Below, piece after piece: positions 1 through 7,348 of a DNA stretch of 39,342 nt. Source of the stretch: a virus. Lineage: Duplodnaviria > Caudoviricetes. The position numbers were made by a program, and so were the translations under genes. A model generated the notes under the pieces. That model searched no databases. It worked only from the letters and a program-made list of their open reading frames with translations, and was not told the DNA's origin. Numbering within the stretch: position 1 is the first letter of the stretch; the number at the start of each line of letters is the position of its first letter. Where the stretch lies: positions 1 through 39,342 of the IMG/VR virus record IMGVR_UViG_3300037483_000053; one strand, given 5' to 3'.

Positions 1-247
1 CATAATCATGTCAGATATGCCGCTAGAAAAAATTGGTGGCCCTGCTTGGTATGAGTGTAAATTTTGCAATCACAATGGTGTATGTCACTATGGCGAAGAA
101 CCTTGGCATAATTGCCGCACTTGTGATCACTCTGATATATTGAATGATGGCAAATGGGCTTGCTCGAATCAGAAAGTCAATAAAGAATTGACATTTGAAG
201 AGCAACTTGCTGGCTGTTCACTCTGGAGAAAAGGTTGGGGGCTATAA
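1..247 (+). CDS. C-terminal part of a probable Cas4-like / PD-(D/E)XK exonuclease (starts before the window)
   Basis: Frame is open back to the window edge. Cys-rich tail WYECKFC..C..NCRTC.H..W.C..GC lies just upstream of the helicase, a typical position for phage Cas4-like exonucleases. Confidence 0.55.
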   Translation, partial: IIMSDMPLEKIGGPAWYECKFCNHNGVCHYGEEPWHNCRTCDHSDILNDGKWACSNQKVNKELTFEEQLAGCSLWRKGWGL

Positions 248-465
248 TGCCAAATAGATTTCACAATAAAGAATATAACAGGATAGAGCCACATAGCATT
301 GAATATTTTAAACAAAGAGTGGCTCTTGCATTATCATTTACTCCAGAAATGAGTCCGTGTGGTGAATGTGGCTATCCTGTTATAAAAGGATATTTCTGCA
401 ACAACTGCGGTAACACAGAGCCAAACAAATCATTCAATGAACAAGAATATGTCAAAACCAGCTAA
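247..465 (+). CDS. small Zn-ribbon hypothetical protein
   Basis: ATG overlaps the upstream TAA (TAATG); CGECG...CNNCG motifs. Confidence 0.55.
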   Translation: MPNRFHNKEYNRIEPHSIEYFKQRVALALSFTPEMSPCGECGYPVIKGYFCNNCGNTEPNKSFNEQEYVKTS

Positions 466-2086
466 ACAAGATAGGTGGTATCAAATAGAGGCAGTTGAAA
501 AGACAACTGCTTTGATGGATGGAAATCCATCTGCCCACCCTCTCATTGTAATGCCAACTGGCTCTGGTAAGAGCCATACAATGTGTATGTTTGTAGATGC
601 ACACCTTACTAAGAAGCCTGCTGACAATATCCTTATTCTTTCTCATGTTGCTGAAATACTTGAGCAGGACCACGAGGCGCTTTCTGATTTCTTTGATATT
701 GATATTGGTTTGTACTCTGCTGGTCTTGGTGAGCGTGATATAAAAAAAATTACGGTTGCTAGCATACAAACGGTATATAACAACCCTGAAAAATTCAAGC
801 ATTTTAATATTGTCATAATTGATGAGTGTCATCGCATTCCAATTAATAACAATAGCATGTACAGGAAATTCCTTTCTGAGTTGAATGCGGTTTACATTGG
901 GTTAACCGCAACTAACTTCCGTCTAGGACATGGATATATTCATGAAGGTGAAGGTGCTCTATTCACTGACATTGCATATGACCTGTCTGAGTATGAGGCA
1001 TTCAATCGTCTTGTTGATGAAGGATTTTTATCAAAGTTGATAACAAAGAAAACAATAGAGCAATTAAATACAGATGGCCTTAAAAAGACAGGTGGCGACT
1101 TCAATGTAAAGGCAATGGTTGATAGGTTTGACCGCTCTGAGATTACAAACTCTGCCGTATCTGAAATAATAAAGTTTGGGAAAAATTTCAAGAGGTGGTT
1201 GATATTTACTATTGATATTGATCATGCAGAGCATGTTGCAGATGAATTGTGCAGAAATGGAATTTCCACTGCTTGTATTCACTCAAAGATGGGCGAAGAT
1301 AGGAAGCAAGTAATCAAAGATGCAAAGGATGGCAAGTATAGAGCAGTTGTTAATGTTGATATATTGACAACTGGATATGATGACCCAAATATTGATTTGA
1401 TTGTTCTCCTTAGACCAACTGAATCACCATCGCTGCACATTCAGATGATTGGCCGTGGTCTGCGGGTTGTTTATGCACCTGGTTTTGATCTTGATACAAT
1501 TGAAGGGCGCTTAAATGCAATTAAAGCAAGTAATAAACAAGCATGCCTTGTTTTGGATTTTGCTGGCAATACAGAGAGACTTGGTCCAATTAATGATGTG
1601 AAGGTTAAACAGAAAGGAAAGTCACAAGGAGGCGAACCAATAACAAAAGAGTGTCCAGGTTGTGGAGTAATTCATCACCCAAGTGTTCGCACCTGTGACA
1701 TTTGTGGACATGAATTTGTATTCAAAGAAAAGATAAGCACAAGCGCAACAACTGCTGATGTAGTAAAAAATTCAAGCAATATAAAACAGTGGGTTGATGT
1801 TGCCGGTGTTTCATATTCAATTCACCAGAAGGCAGGAAGTCCATCAAGCTTGCGAGTCACTTACAATGTTGGATTTGTTTCATTCAGTGAATGGATTTGT
1901 TATGACCATGATGGATTTGCTGGCAGGAAAGCAAGGCATTGGGTCAAGTGGCGATGGATAGGAGTTGCTGGAATGCCAGATGACTTGTCTGGTTTGTATA
2001 AGAACACTGACTTGCTGATGAAGCCTAAGCAGATACTTGTCAACAACAGTGGAAAGTTCCCATCCATAGATGACTATTCATTCTAG
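437..2086 (+). CDS. superfamily 2 DEAD/DEAH helicase, RadD/YejH-like, with C-terminal Zn finger (start may be 449)
   Basis: Q motif RWYQ, Walker A PTGSGKS, DECH, motif III LTAT, TTGYD, QMIGRGLR, LDFAGN, CPGC..CDICG. Confidence 0.92.
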   Translation: MNKNMSKPAKQDRWYQIEAVEKTTALMDGNPSAHPLIVMPTGSGKSHTMCMFVDAHLTKKPADNILILSHVAEILEQDHEALSDFFDIDIGLYSAGLGERDIKKITVASIQTVYNNPEKFKHFNIVIIDECHRIPINNNSMYRKFLSELNAVYIGLTATNFRLGHGYIHEGEGALFTDIAYDLSEYEAFNRLVDEGFLSKLITKKTIEQLNTDGLKKTGGDFNVKAMVDRFDRSEITNSAVSEIIKFGKNFKRWLIFTIDIDHAEHVADELCRNGISTACIHSKMGEDRKQVIKDAKDGKYRAVVNVDILTTGYDDPNIDLIVLLRPTESPSLHIQMIGRGLRVVYAPGFDLDTIEGRLNAIKASNKQACLVLDFAGNTERLGPINDVKVKQKGKSQGGEPITKECPGCGVIHHPSVRTCDICGHEFVFKEKISTSATTADVVKNSSNIKQWVDVAGVSYSIHQKAGSPSSLRVTYNVGFVSFSEWICYDHDGFAGRKARHWVKWRWIGVAGMPDDLSGLYKNTDLLMKPKQILVNNSGKFPSIDDYSF

Positions 2087-2254
2087 TGGACCCCTCCTAG
2101 CCCCTTCCTAGCCGCTTCCTGCTTGCCCCTAGCCTACCCCCTCTCCTATATAGGAGAAGGGCTAGGCGCCCCCTCCTAGCCCCTCCTAGGCCGATTCTAG
2201 CGGCCTATCCCCTAGCCTAGACCCCTAGGATTCGCCTAGGGAACCTCTATAAGT
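2083..2254. repeat. CTAG-phased, TG/CA-free intergenic element (copy 1)
   Basis: 12 CTAG in 2083-2239; no TG or CA in 2125-2254; perfect palindrome TCTCCTATATAGGAGA at 2142-2157. Confidence 0.85.
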
Positions 2255-2305
2255 GGTTGATTTTCAACTATTTATCAAAAAAGTCAATTAATTCACAAAA
2301 ATTTG

Positions 2306-2333
2306 TAGACGGAGCTGAAAATTGGCGTATAGT
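2306..2333 (+). promoter_or_regulatory. sigma70-like early promoter
   Basis: TAGACG-16 bp-TATAGT with an A/T-rich UP-like tract upstream; flanks resemble those of the promoter at 3094. Confidence 0.55.
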
Positions 2334-2383
2334 TTGAATCATGGTAAGTCAATAACTGAATATCTAAATAAGGCGATAAGACA

Positions 2384-2563
2384 ATGGAATATCAGATTAA
2401 TGTAGCTTTAGATGGTAAGCACTTCTGCCGCGTTAGCGTAGGTGAAATTGAACTTGACGCGAAGATTAAGGCAACTGAGTTTTCTAAGCGGTTCCCTAAG
2501 TCAGAAGGATTCAAGATCACCCTGATGCTCTGGAAGACTTCTGGTTATTCTGTTGAGTTCTAA
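2384..2563 (+). CDS. 59-aa early hypothetical protein (not in ORF track)
   Basis: Hand translation MEYQINVALDGKHFCRVSV...RFPKSEGFKITLMLWKTSGYSVEF*; directly follows the promoter. Confidence 0.7.
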   Translation: MEYQINVALDGKHFCRVSVGEIELDAKIKATEFSKRFPKSEGFKITLMLWKTSGYSVEF

Positions 2564-2596
2564 AGGAGGATAAGAAGATGATCGGAGTATAAGAAG

Positions 2597-2800
2597 ATGG
2601 CCACTAGACTTGTAGACTCAATTGCTCACAAAGGGTGCGCAGCTAAGGTCTATTTTGACTCTGATCTGTCTGAGTACCGCGTGAAGTTCTACAAAGAAGG
2701 AAAATGGCAGCATGGCGCCGACCACTTCACGGATGACCGTGATGACGCCTGCCACACTGCTCACCTTGAAATAGCTAGAATGGCAGGGAGATTATCATGA
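2597..2800 (+). CDS. early hypothetical protein
   Basis: GGAG RBS; 67 aa; stop overlaps the next start (ATGA). Confidence 0.7.
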   Translation: MATRLVDSIAHKGCAAKVYFDSDLSEYRVKFYKEGKWQHGADHFTDDRDDACHTAHLEIARMAGRLS

Positions 2801-3042
2801 AATACGCAAATCGAATGACTGACGAGAAGTTGACTCACTGGGCTGAAAAGACTGTGACTTCAATCAACAATGGCATTGCTCGTGGTCGCGCATTGCGCGG
2901 TAATTGTGAGCAGCCACTTATCACTCGTTTCAACCGCATTATGCGTGAGTTGAAGAAACGCCGCATGTGGAGTGAGTTCTGTGAAAGCATGGGCGTTAAT
3001 CCGCGTAAAGATGGTGATCAGTTTAAGAAAACTGTTCATTGA
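2797..3042 (+). CDS. basic early hypothetical protein
   Basis: GGAG RBS, ATGA coupling, 81 aa. Confidence 0.7.
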   Translation: MKYANRMTDEKLTHWAEKTVTSINNGIARGRALRGNCEQPLITRFNRIMRELKKRRMWSEFCESMGVNPRKDGDQFKKTVH

Positions 3043-3093
3043 CTTTACTTCAGTAAACAATTTATATTAGGAGCGAAAGCGTCTAAAAAATTG

Positions 3094-3122
3094 TTTACTC
3101 TTGTTGGCAATGTCGTTATAGT
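3094..3122 (+). promoter_or_regulatory. sigma70-like promoter followed by a 5' leader hairpin
   Basis: TTTACT-17 bp-TATAGT with upstream A tract; hairpin GTTAGC-GGAAA-GCTAAC at 3133-3149. Confidence 0.65.
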
Positions 3123-3177
3123 TAGTCCCGACGTTAGCGGAAAGCTAACAAATTAAACCTAAACTGGAGAAATGATC

Positions 3178-3981
3178 ATGGCAAAGTACCTCATTCAAGA
3201 CAACTTCCGTGTTCTGCGTAAGGGTGAATTTGTTCAGGCTGCTGAAGAAGCCGGAGAGTTCATCTATGACACTGAAACTGCTGATTCACACTCGATGGCA
3301 ACGCTGAGTGAAATCGCAAAGGCCAATGGCGTGGAAGTCCACTCCAAGGCCAAAAAGGTTGATCTGATCATCCAGATCAATGAAAAACTGTCCACCCTCA
3401 ATGTACCGGAGCAAAACAAAATGACTGATACCCAAGTTGTAGAAAAAATCATTGCTGATGGCGTTACCGCTGGTAAGTCTGATGATGACATGCTGCTGGA
3501 AATTGTGAATTCTGGCGTCAGCTTCAAGAATGCCACGAAGGTGTTCAAGATGGTGATGGAGGAGAAGGGATACCGCGTCAGCGCAAAGGAGCGTAAGGAG
3601 GAAGCAGCAAAGATTCTGGCTGATGGCAACTTCGACCTGACCACTGCGGATGGCGTGAACACCGCCGTTGATGCGCTGGTTGTTGGCGTTGCTGACACCA
3701 ATGAAAAGAGCGCCATTGGCTTCATCCGCTCGTATGCAAAGGCAAATGAAATCTCCCTGCCCAAGAAGGAGAAGGGCAGTGCTGGTCGTGTTGGCGGCGG
3801 CGGCATGTTTGCCAAGTTGGGTGAATGGATGTTGGAAAACCGCGACGCGACGGTTGAAGACATCAAGAGGGCCACAATGACCATCAAGTCTGACATGAAT
3901 GAGAAGCAGGCAGTCAAGTATGCCAGCATCGCTCATGACATGCTGAAATTCGCCCGCAAGTTCCACGAGACTGCTGCCTAA
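3178..3981 (+). CDS. probably highly expressed hypothetical protein with a possible Rho-N/HeH/SAP-like nucleic-acid-binding motif
   Basis: Own promoter, RBS GGAGA at 3166-3170 and terminator; many C-ending codons; motif SMATLSEIAKANGVEVHSKAKKVDLIIQI. Confidence 0.75.
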   Translation: MAKYLIQDNFRVLRKGEFVQAAEEAGEFIYDTETADSHSMATLSEIAKANGVEVHSKAKKVDLIIQINEKLSTLNVPEQNKMTDTQVVEKIIADGVTAGKSDDDMLLEIVNSGVSFKNATKVFKMVMEEKGYRVSAKERKEEAAKILADGNFDLTTADGVNTAVDALVVGVADTNEKSAIGFIRSYAKANEISLPKKEKGSAGRVGGGGMFAKLGEWMLENRDATVEDIKRATMTIKSDMNEKQAVKYASIAHDMLKFARKFHETAA

Positions 3982-4010
3982 AACTAGGCACGATGTTTTG
4001 TGGTAGTCGC

Positions 4011-4042
4011 GCCCCTAGCCAATCGGCTAGGGGCTTTTATTT
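4011..4042 (+). terminator. Rho-independent terminator
   Basis: GCCCCTAGCC-AATC-GGCTAGGGGC followed by TTTTATTT. Confidence 0.9.
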
Positions 4043-4080
4043 TGCCTTCATATATTAGAATATTCTAATATGCTAATAAG

Positions 4081-4180
4081 CTCCTAGGAGCTTGCAGGAG
4101 GCGTTTTAACTATCTACCCGCTACCTACCTACAGGGCTACATCTAGAAACGCCTCCTAGATAGTCGAGAATCGCCTCTAG
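4081..4180. repeat. CTAG-rich, TG/CA-poor intergenic element (copy 2)
   Basis: Inverted repeat AGGAGGCGTTT (4096-4106) / AAACGCCTCCT (4147-4157) around a CTACCTACCTAC core; 17-mer AAACGCCTCCTAGATAG shared with 12125-12141. Confidence 0.8.
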
Positions 4181-4347
4181 CACAACTACCCATACTATCA
4201 TAGGCGTGATAATCATTAGCATGCTGCTGTCTATCTATTACCATTTGATAGCTGCTAATAGGCGGGAGGATAGGAGGGGAGTTTTATTGATAGGATTAGA
4301 GGGGGAGAATATACGATACAAGTTCAAATCAATCACCAGAGGGAATC

Positions 4348-5265
4348 ATGAAGATTTTAGGAGCTGGGTTGGCTGGTTGTATTGCAGCAGCCATGAATCA
4401 AAATGCAACAATCATCGAATCAAGCAACAAAGGCAATCAGCAAAAGCACAAAGCTGTGTTGAGATTCCGCTCTCCACATATAGGAGAGGCAGTTGGAATA
4501 CCATTCAAAGAAGTAAAAGTGTACAAGGGTATATGGCACCGTGGCGCGCCAGCAACTCTTTCTCCACGGCATATAATCCTATACTCCAGAAAGGTGGCTG
4601 ATGTTGCAGCATGCAGATCAATTACTAATTTGGAGCCAGTTAATCGTTGGGTTGCTCCTGATGACTTTCATGAGCAATTGCTTGATATGTGTGATGGGCG
4701 CATTGAATATGGAACTCATTGCGATGCAGATGTCATAAATAGTCTGAAGGACGAACCAATTATAAGCACTATCCCAATAAATGTAATTGCAAACATATTG
4801 GGCAAGAGTATTGCTGTAAGTTGCAAATCAAGTGAAATATACGTTACACAATTGTCTGTTGAAGATTGTAATGTATATATGACAAATTATTACACTAGCC
4901 CTGATGTATTGCCATACAGAGCGTCAATAACAGGCAATAAAGTAATAATAGAAAGCTGTTGGCAAATTACCAAAGAGTGCATCAATCATGTAATTGACAG
5001 CTTTGGAATAAAAGGCATGTCAATTGATGTTATTGTTGATAATCACATACAGAGAAATGGCAAGATAGTTCCAATTGATGAAGATGCACGTAAACAGTTC
5101 TTAGTTTATGCAACAATTAAGCATGGCATATATAGCCTTGGTAGATTTGCAACATGGAGGAATATAGTACTGGATGATGTATACACAGATATTTTGAAAA
5201 TCAAAGCGATGATTAACAAAAGTCATTATGATCAACTGAAGATGGAGTACAACTATGAAAGTTAA
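4348..5265 (+). CDS. FAD/NAD(P)-binding oxidoreductase-fold protein, distantly resembling the UDP-galactopyranose mutase / amine oxidase group
   Basis: N-terminal Rossmann motif ILGAGLAG..AA....IIE; ISTIP; C-terminal flavin motif IYSLGRFATWR...DDV. Confidence 0.75.
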   Translation: MKILGAGLAGCIAAAMNQNATIIESSNKGNQQKHKAVLRFRSPHIGEAVGIPFKEVKVYKGIWHRGAPATLSPRHIILYSRKVADVAACRSITNLEPVNRWVAPDDFHEQLLDMCDGRIEYGTHCDADVINSLKDEPIISTIPINVIANILGKSIAVSCKSSEIYVTQLSVEDCNVYMTNYYTSPDVLPYRASITGNKVIIESCWQITKECINHVIDSFGIKGMSIDVIVDNHIQRNGKIVPIDEDARKQFLVYATIKHGIYSLGRFATWRNIVLDDVYTDILKIKAMINKSHYDQLKMEYNYES

Positions 5266-5998
5266 GCTGATTGATTATCAAACGAATGCACTTGAAATCC
5301 TTCTGTACACAAAGAATACCAGACTCACATCTGGTGAATCAATTCATGACATTATGAATTGGCCAGAAGAAAAGAAACTTGAGCATTTGGATTACATGCG
5401 TAATACCATCTCAAGTTCATGGGAATTTGCAGACTATACCTTTGAAATTTCAGAAGTGAGTCGCTCATTCACTCATCAGTTGGTCCGCACACGCACAGCC
5501 AGTTTCGCACAGCAAGCTCAGCGAGTTGTTGATGTACGCGATTCAGGCTATGTTGCTCAAACTGATCACCCAATCTTTCATGATGCAGTAAAACACAGCT
5601 TTGAAGAGTATGGAAAGTTGGTTGATGATGGAGTGCCAGTTCAAGAGGCTCGTGGGGTGCTGCCTACTTGCACTAATACCAACATAATTTTCAAGGCAAA
5701 TCTGCGCACGCTGTCTCATATGGCTGAAATGCGTATGTGCAAACGTGCAGAAGGAGAATATCAAAAGGTATTTGCAGAGATTCGCCGTGAGGTGTTGAAA
5801 GTACATCCATGGGCAGAGAAATTCATTCAAGTGTATTGCGTCAAGACTGGCCTCTGTGCATTCCCAAATTATGCAGAGTGCCCAGTGAAGCCATTTGTAC
5901 TTGCTCCAACTAAGGAGCAGATTGCAGCAATTGAATCTGCATGGAATGATTGTTACCACGTTGCAAATCCAGTTGCAAAAGATGGGAGAACAATGTAA
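5255..5998 (+). CDS. thyX: flavin-dependent thymidylate synthase (ThyX) homologue with non-canonical motif
   Basis: SSWEF..YTFEISEVSRSFTHQLVRTRTASFAQQAQR, EARGVLP, NLRTL, R.C.RAEGE. Confidence 0.85.
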   Translation: MKVKLIDYQTNALEILLYTKNTRLTSGESIHDIMNWPEEKKLEHLDYMRNTISSSWEFADYTFEISEVSRSFTHQLVRTRTASFAQQAQRVVDVRDSGYVAQTDHPIFHDAVKHSFEEYGKLVDDGVPVQEARGVLPTCTNTNIIFKANLRTLSHMAEMRMCKRAEGEYQKVFAEIRREVLKVHPWAEKFIQVYCVKTGLCAFPNYAECPVKPFVLAPTKEQIAAIESAWNDCYHVANPVAKDGRTM

Positions 5999-6489
5999 TG
6001 ACAATTCAAGAATTATTCAAAATTGGGATGAAGCGTGACATCCCATTGTTAATGGAGGATGCCAAGGGTGGCATCATCTTAAATTTAGGCGCAGGAAACC
6101 AATCCATTGATGGAGCTACTGCATTCGATTGGCCAGATTGGGATGCAGAACATGGCTTTATACCATGCCCAGACAATTCAGTATCTCAAATTCACGCTTA
6201 TCATTTCTTTGAACATCTGCGTGACCCTAGAATAATATTGGCAGAGTGCCAGCGAGTACTCAAAAAATCAGGCCACATAAACATTGTGGTGCCATATTAC
6301 AAATCGAATATGGCATTCCAGGATTTGGATCACAAATCATTCTTTACTGAAGATACATGGAAGAATCTTTTTTCAAAAGAGTATTACTCAAAAGGGAAGA
6401 TTGATTGGGAATTCAAGATTGGATTAAACATCATCATTGGCATCAATGAACGCAATTTGTGCTTAATGACTCAACTTATTAAGGAGTAA
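5998..6489 (+). CDS. class I SAM-dependent methyltransferase (Methyltransf_11-like)
   Basis: LNLGAG, PDNSV...HFFEHL, E..RVLK..G.I.IVVP, D.DHK. True start is the TAATG overlap with thyX. Confidence 0.85.
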   Translation: MTIQELFKIGMKRDIPLLMEDAKGGIILNLGAGNQSIDGATAFDWPDWDAEHGFIPCPDNSVSQIHAYHFFEHLRDPRIILAECQRVLKKSGHINIVVPYYKSNMAFQDLDHKSFFTEDTWKNLFSKEYYSKGKIDWEFKIGLNIIIGINERNLCLMTQLIKE

Positions 6490-6492
6490 GGA

Positions 6493-6810
6493 ATGGCCAA
6501 GAAGCAGAGCAAGTGTTTTGTTGCAGTTGAGCTTGAAAGTGCTGCAAATACTTATGAAGAGCGCAATGCAATTTATGGCGATACATACAAGCGCCATGGG
6601 CATGTAATGTCTGCTCTTTTCCCCGATGGCATTGCAGTTGACAATCCACATGACATGAATCGACTTGGTGTCTTGAATATGATTGTTGGAAAGTTGACGA
6701 GGTATGCAACAAACTTTGATAATGGTGGCCACAAAGATAGTCTGCATGATTTGTCTGTGTATGCAGCAATGCTGAATGAACTTGATCACGAGGTTGATCA
6801 TGAAGGGTGA
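6493..6810 (+). CDS. all-alpha nucleotide pyrophosphatase-like protein (nucleotide-modification-associated domain 1 / DUF6378-like)
   Basis: ER...YGD, KLTRY, H.DSLHDLSVYAAML motifs; AAGGAG RBS. Confidence 0.7.
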   Translation: MAKKQSKCFVAVELESAANTYEERNAIYGDTYKRHGHVMSALFPDGIAVDNPHDMNRLGVLNMIVGKLTRYATNFDNGGHKDSLHDLSVYAAMLNELDHEVDHEG

Positions 6811-7348
6811 TTTTGTTGTAATTGATACTGAGACAACTGGGCTTCTAAAGCCAAGCCCAGTTGATAAGAATATGCAACCTTTCATCACAGAGTTTTATGG
6901 CATTCGCATAAACAAGAACTGGGAAGTTGTTGGTGAATTTGAAACATTCATTAAGCCTCCTATGCCAATTCCTGATGAGGTTGTCAAGATAACTGGCATC
7001 ACTGATGAAATGGTTGCAAATGCACCTACATTCATTGAAGTTTTTGATGACATTGTTGAGCTCTTTCATGGAGCAAGACGAATGGTTGCACACAATTTAT
7101 CATTTGATGCAGGAGTTTTAAGGCAGGAACTTGAGCGCCATGACTTGGCTTTCAAGTTCCCTTGGCCACCAGAATGGCATTGCACAGTTGAACTTAGCAA
7201 ATCAATCAGAGACAAGGCATTGAAGTTGAGAGATTTGCATGAGATTGCAACTGGCACTCCACATGAAGATGGTGCACATCGTGCTAAAAATGATGTCATG
7301 GCTCTAGTTCGCTGTTACAAATGGCTTTGTGATAAGGGATTTGCATAA
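6800..7348 (+). CDS. dnaQ: DEDDh 3'-5' exonuclease (Pol III epsilon-like)
   Basis: IDTETTG, VAHNLSFD, AHRAKNDV; GAGGT RBS before ATG at 6800. Confidence 0.92.
   Translation: MKGDFVVIDTETTGLLKPSPVDKNMQPFITEFYGIRINKNWEVVGEFETFIKPPMPIPDEVVKITGITDEMVANAPTFIEVFDDIVELFHGARRMVAHNLSFDAGVLRQELERHDLAFKFPWPPEWHCTVELSKSIRDKALKLRDLHEIATGTPHEDGAHRAKNDVMALVRCYKWLCDKGFA

Noticed and set aside
2083-2254. CRISPR array or REP/MITE reading of the CCTAG repeats
   Set aside because: No constant repeat with unique spacers, no terminal inverted repeats with target duplication, no cas operon or transposase.
3073-3080. GCGAAAGC mini-hairpin as an N4-type hairpin promoter
   Set aside because: Single occurrence noticed, no phage RNA polymerase in the window, and a sigma70 promoter lies adjacent.
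3264-3966. Long antisense ORFs (221 and 226 aa)
   Set aside because: Shadows of the codon-biased + strand gene, which has the promoter, RBS and terminator.
4206-4601. 131-aa ORF overlapping the flavoprotein start
   Set aside because: Out of frame with a gene that has clear motifs; no convincing RBS.
5998-6489. DNA methyltransferase or restriction-modification call, and CpG methylation-deamination as the cause of the TG/CA excess
   Set aside because: No C5 or N6/N4 DNA-MTase motifs. Deamination would not explain the total exclusion of TG/CA from islands or their TA enrichment, although it is not formally excluded.
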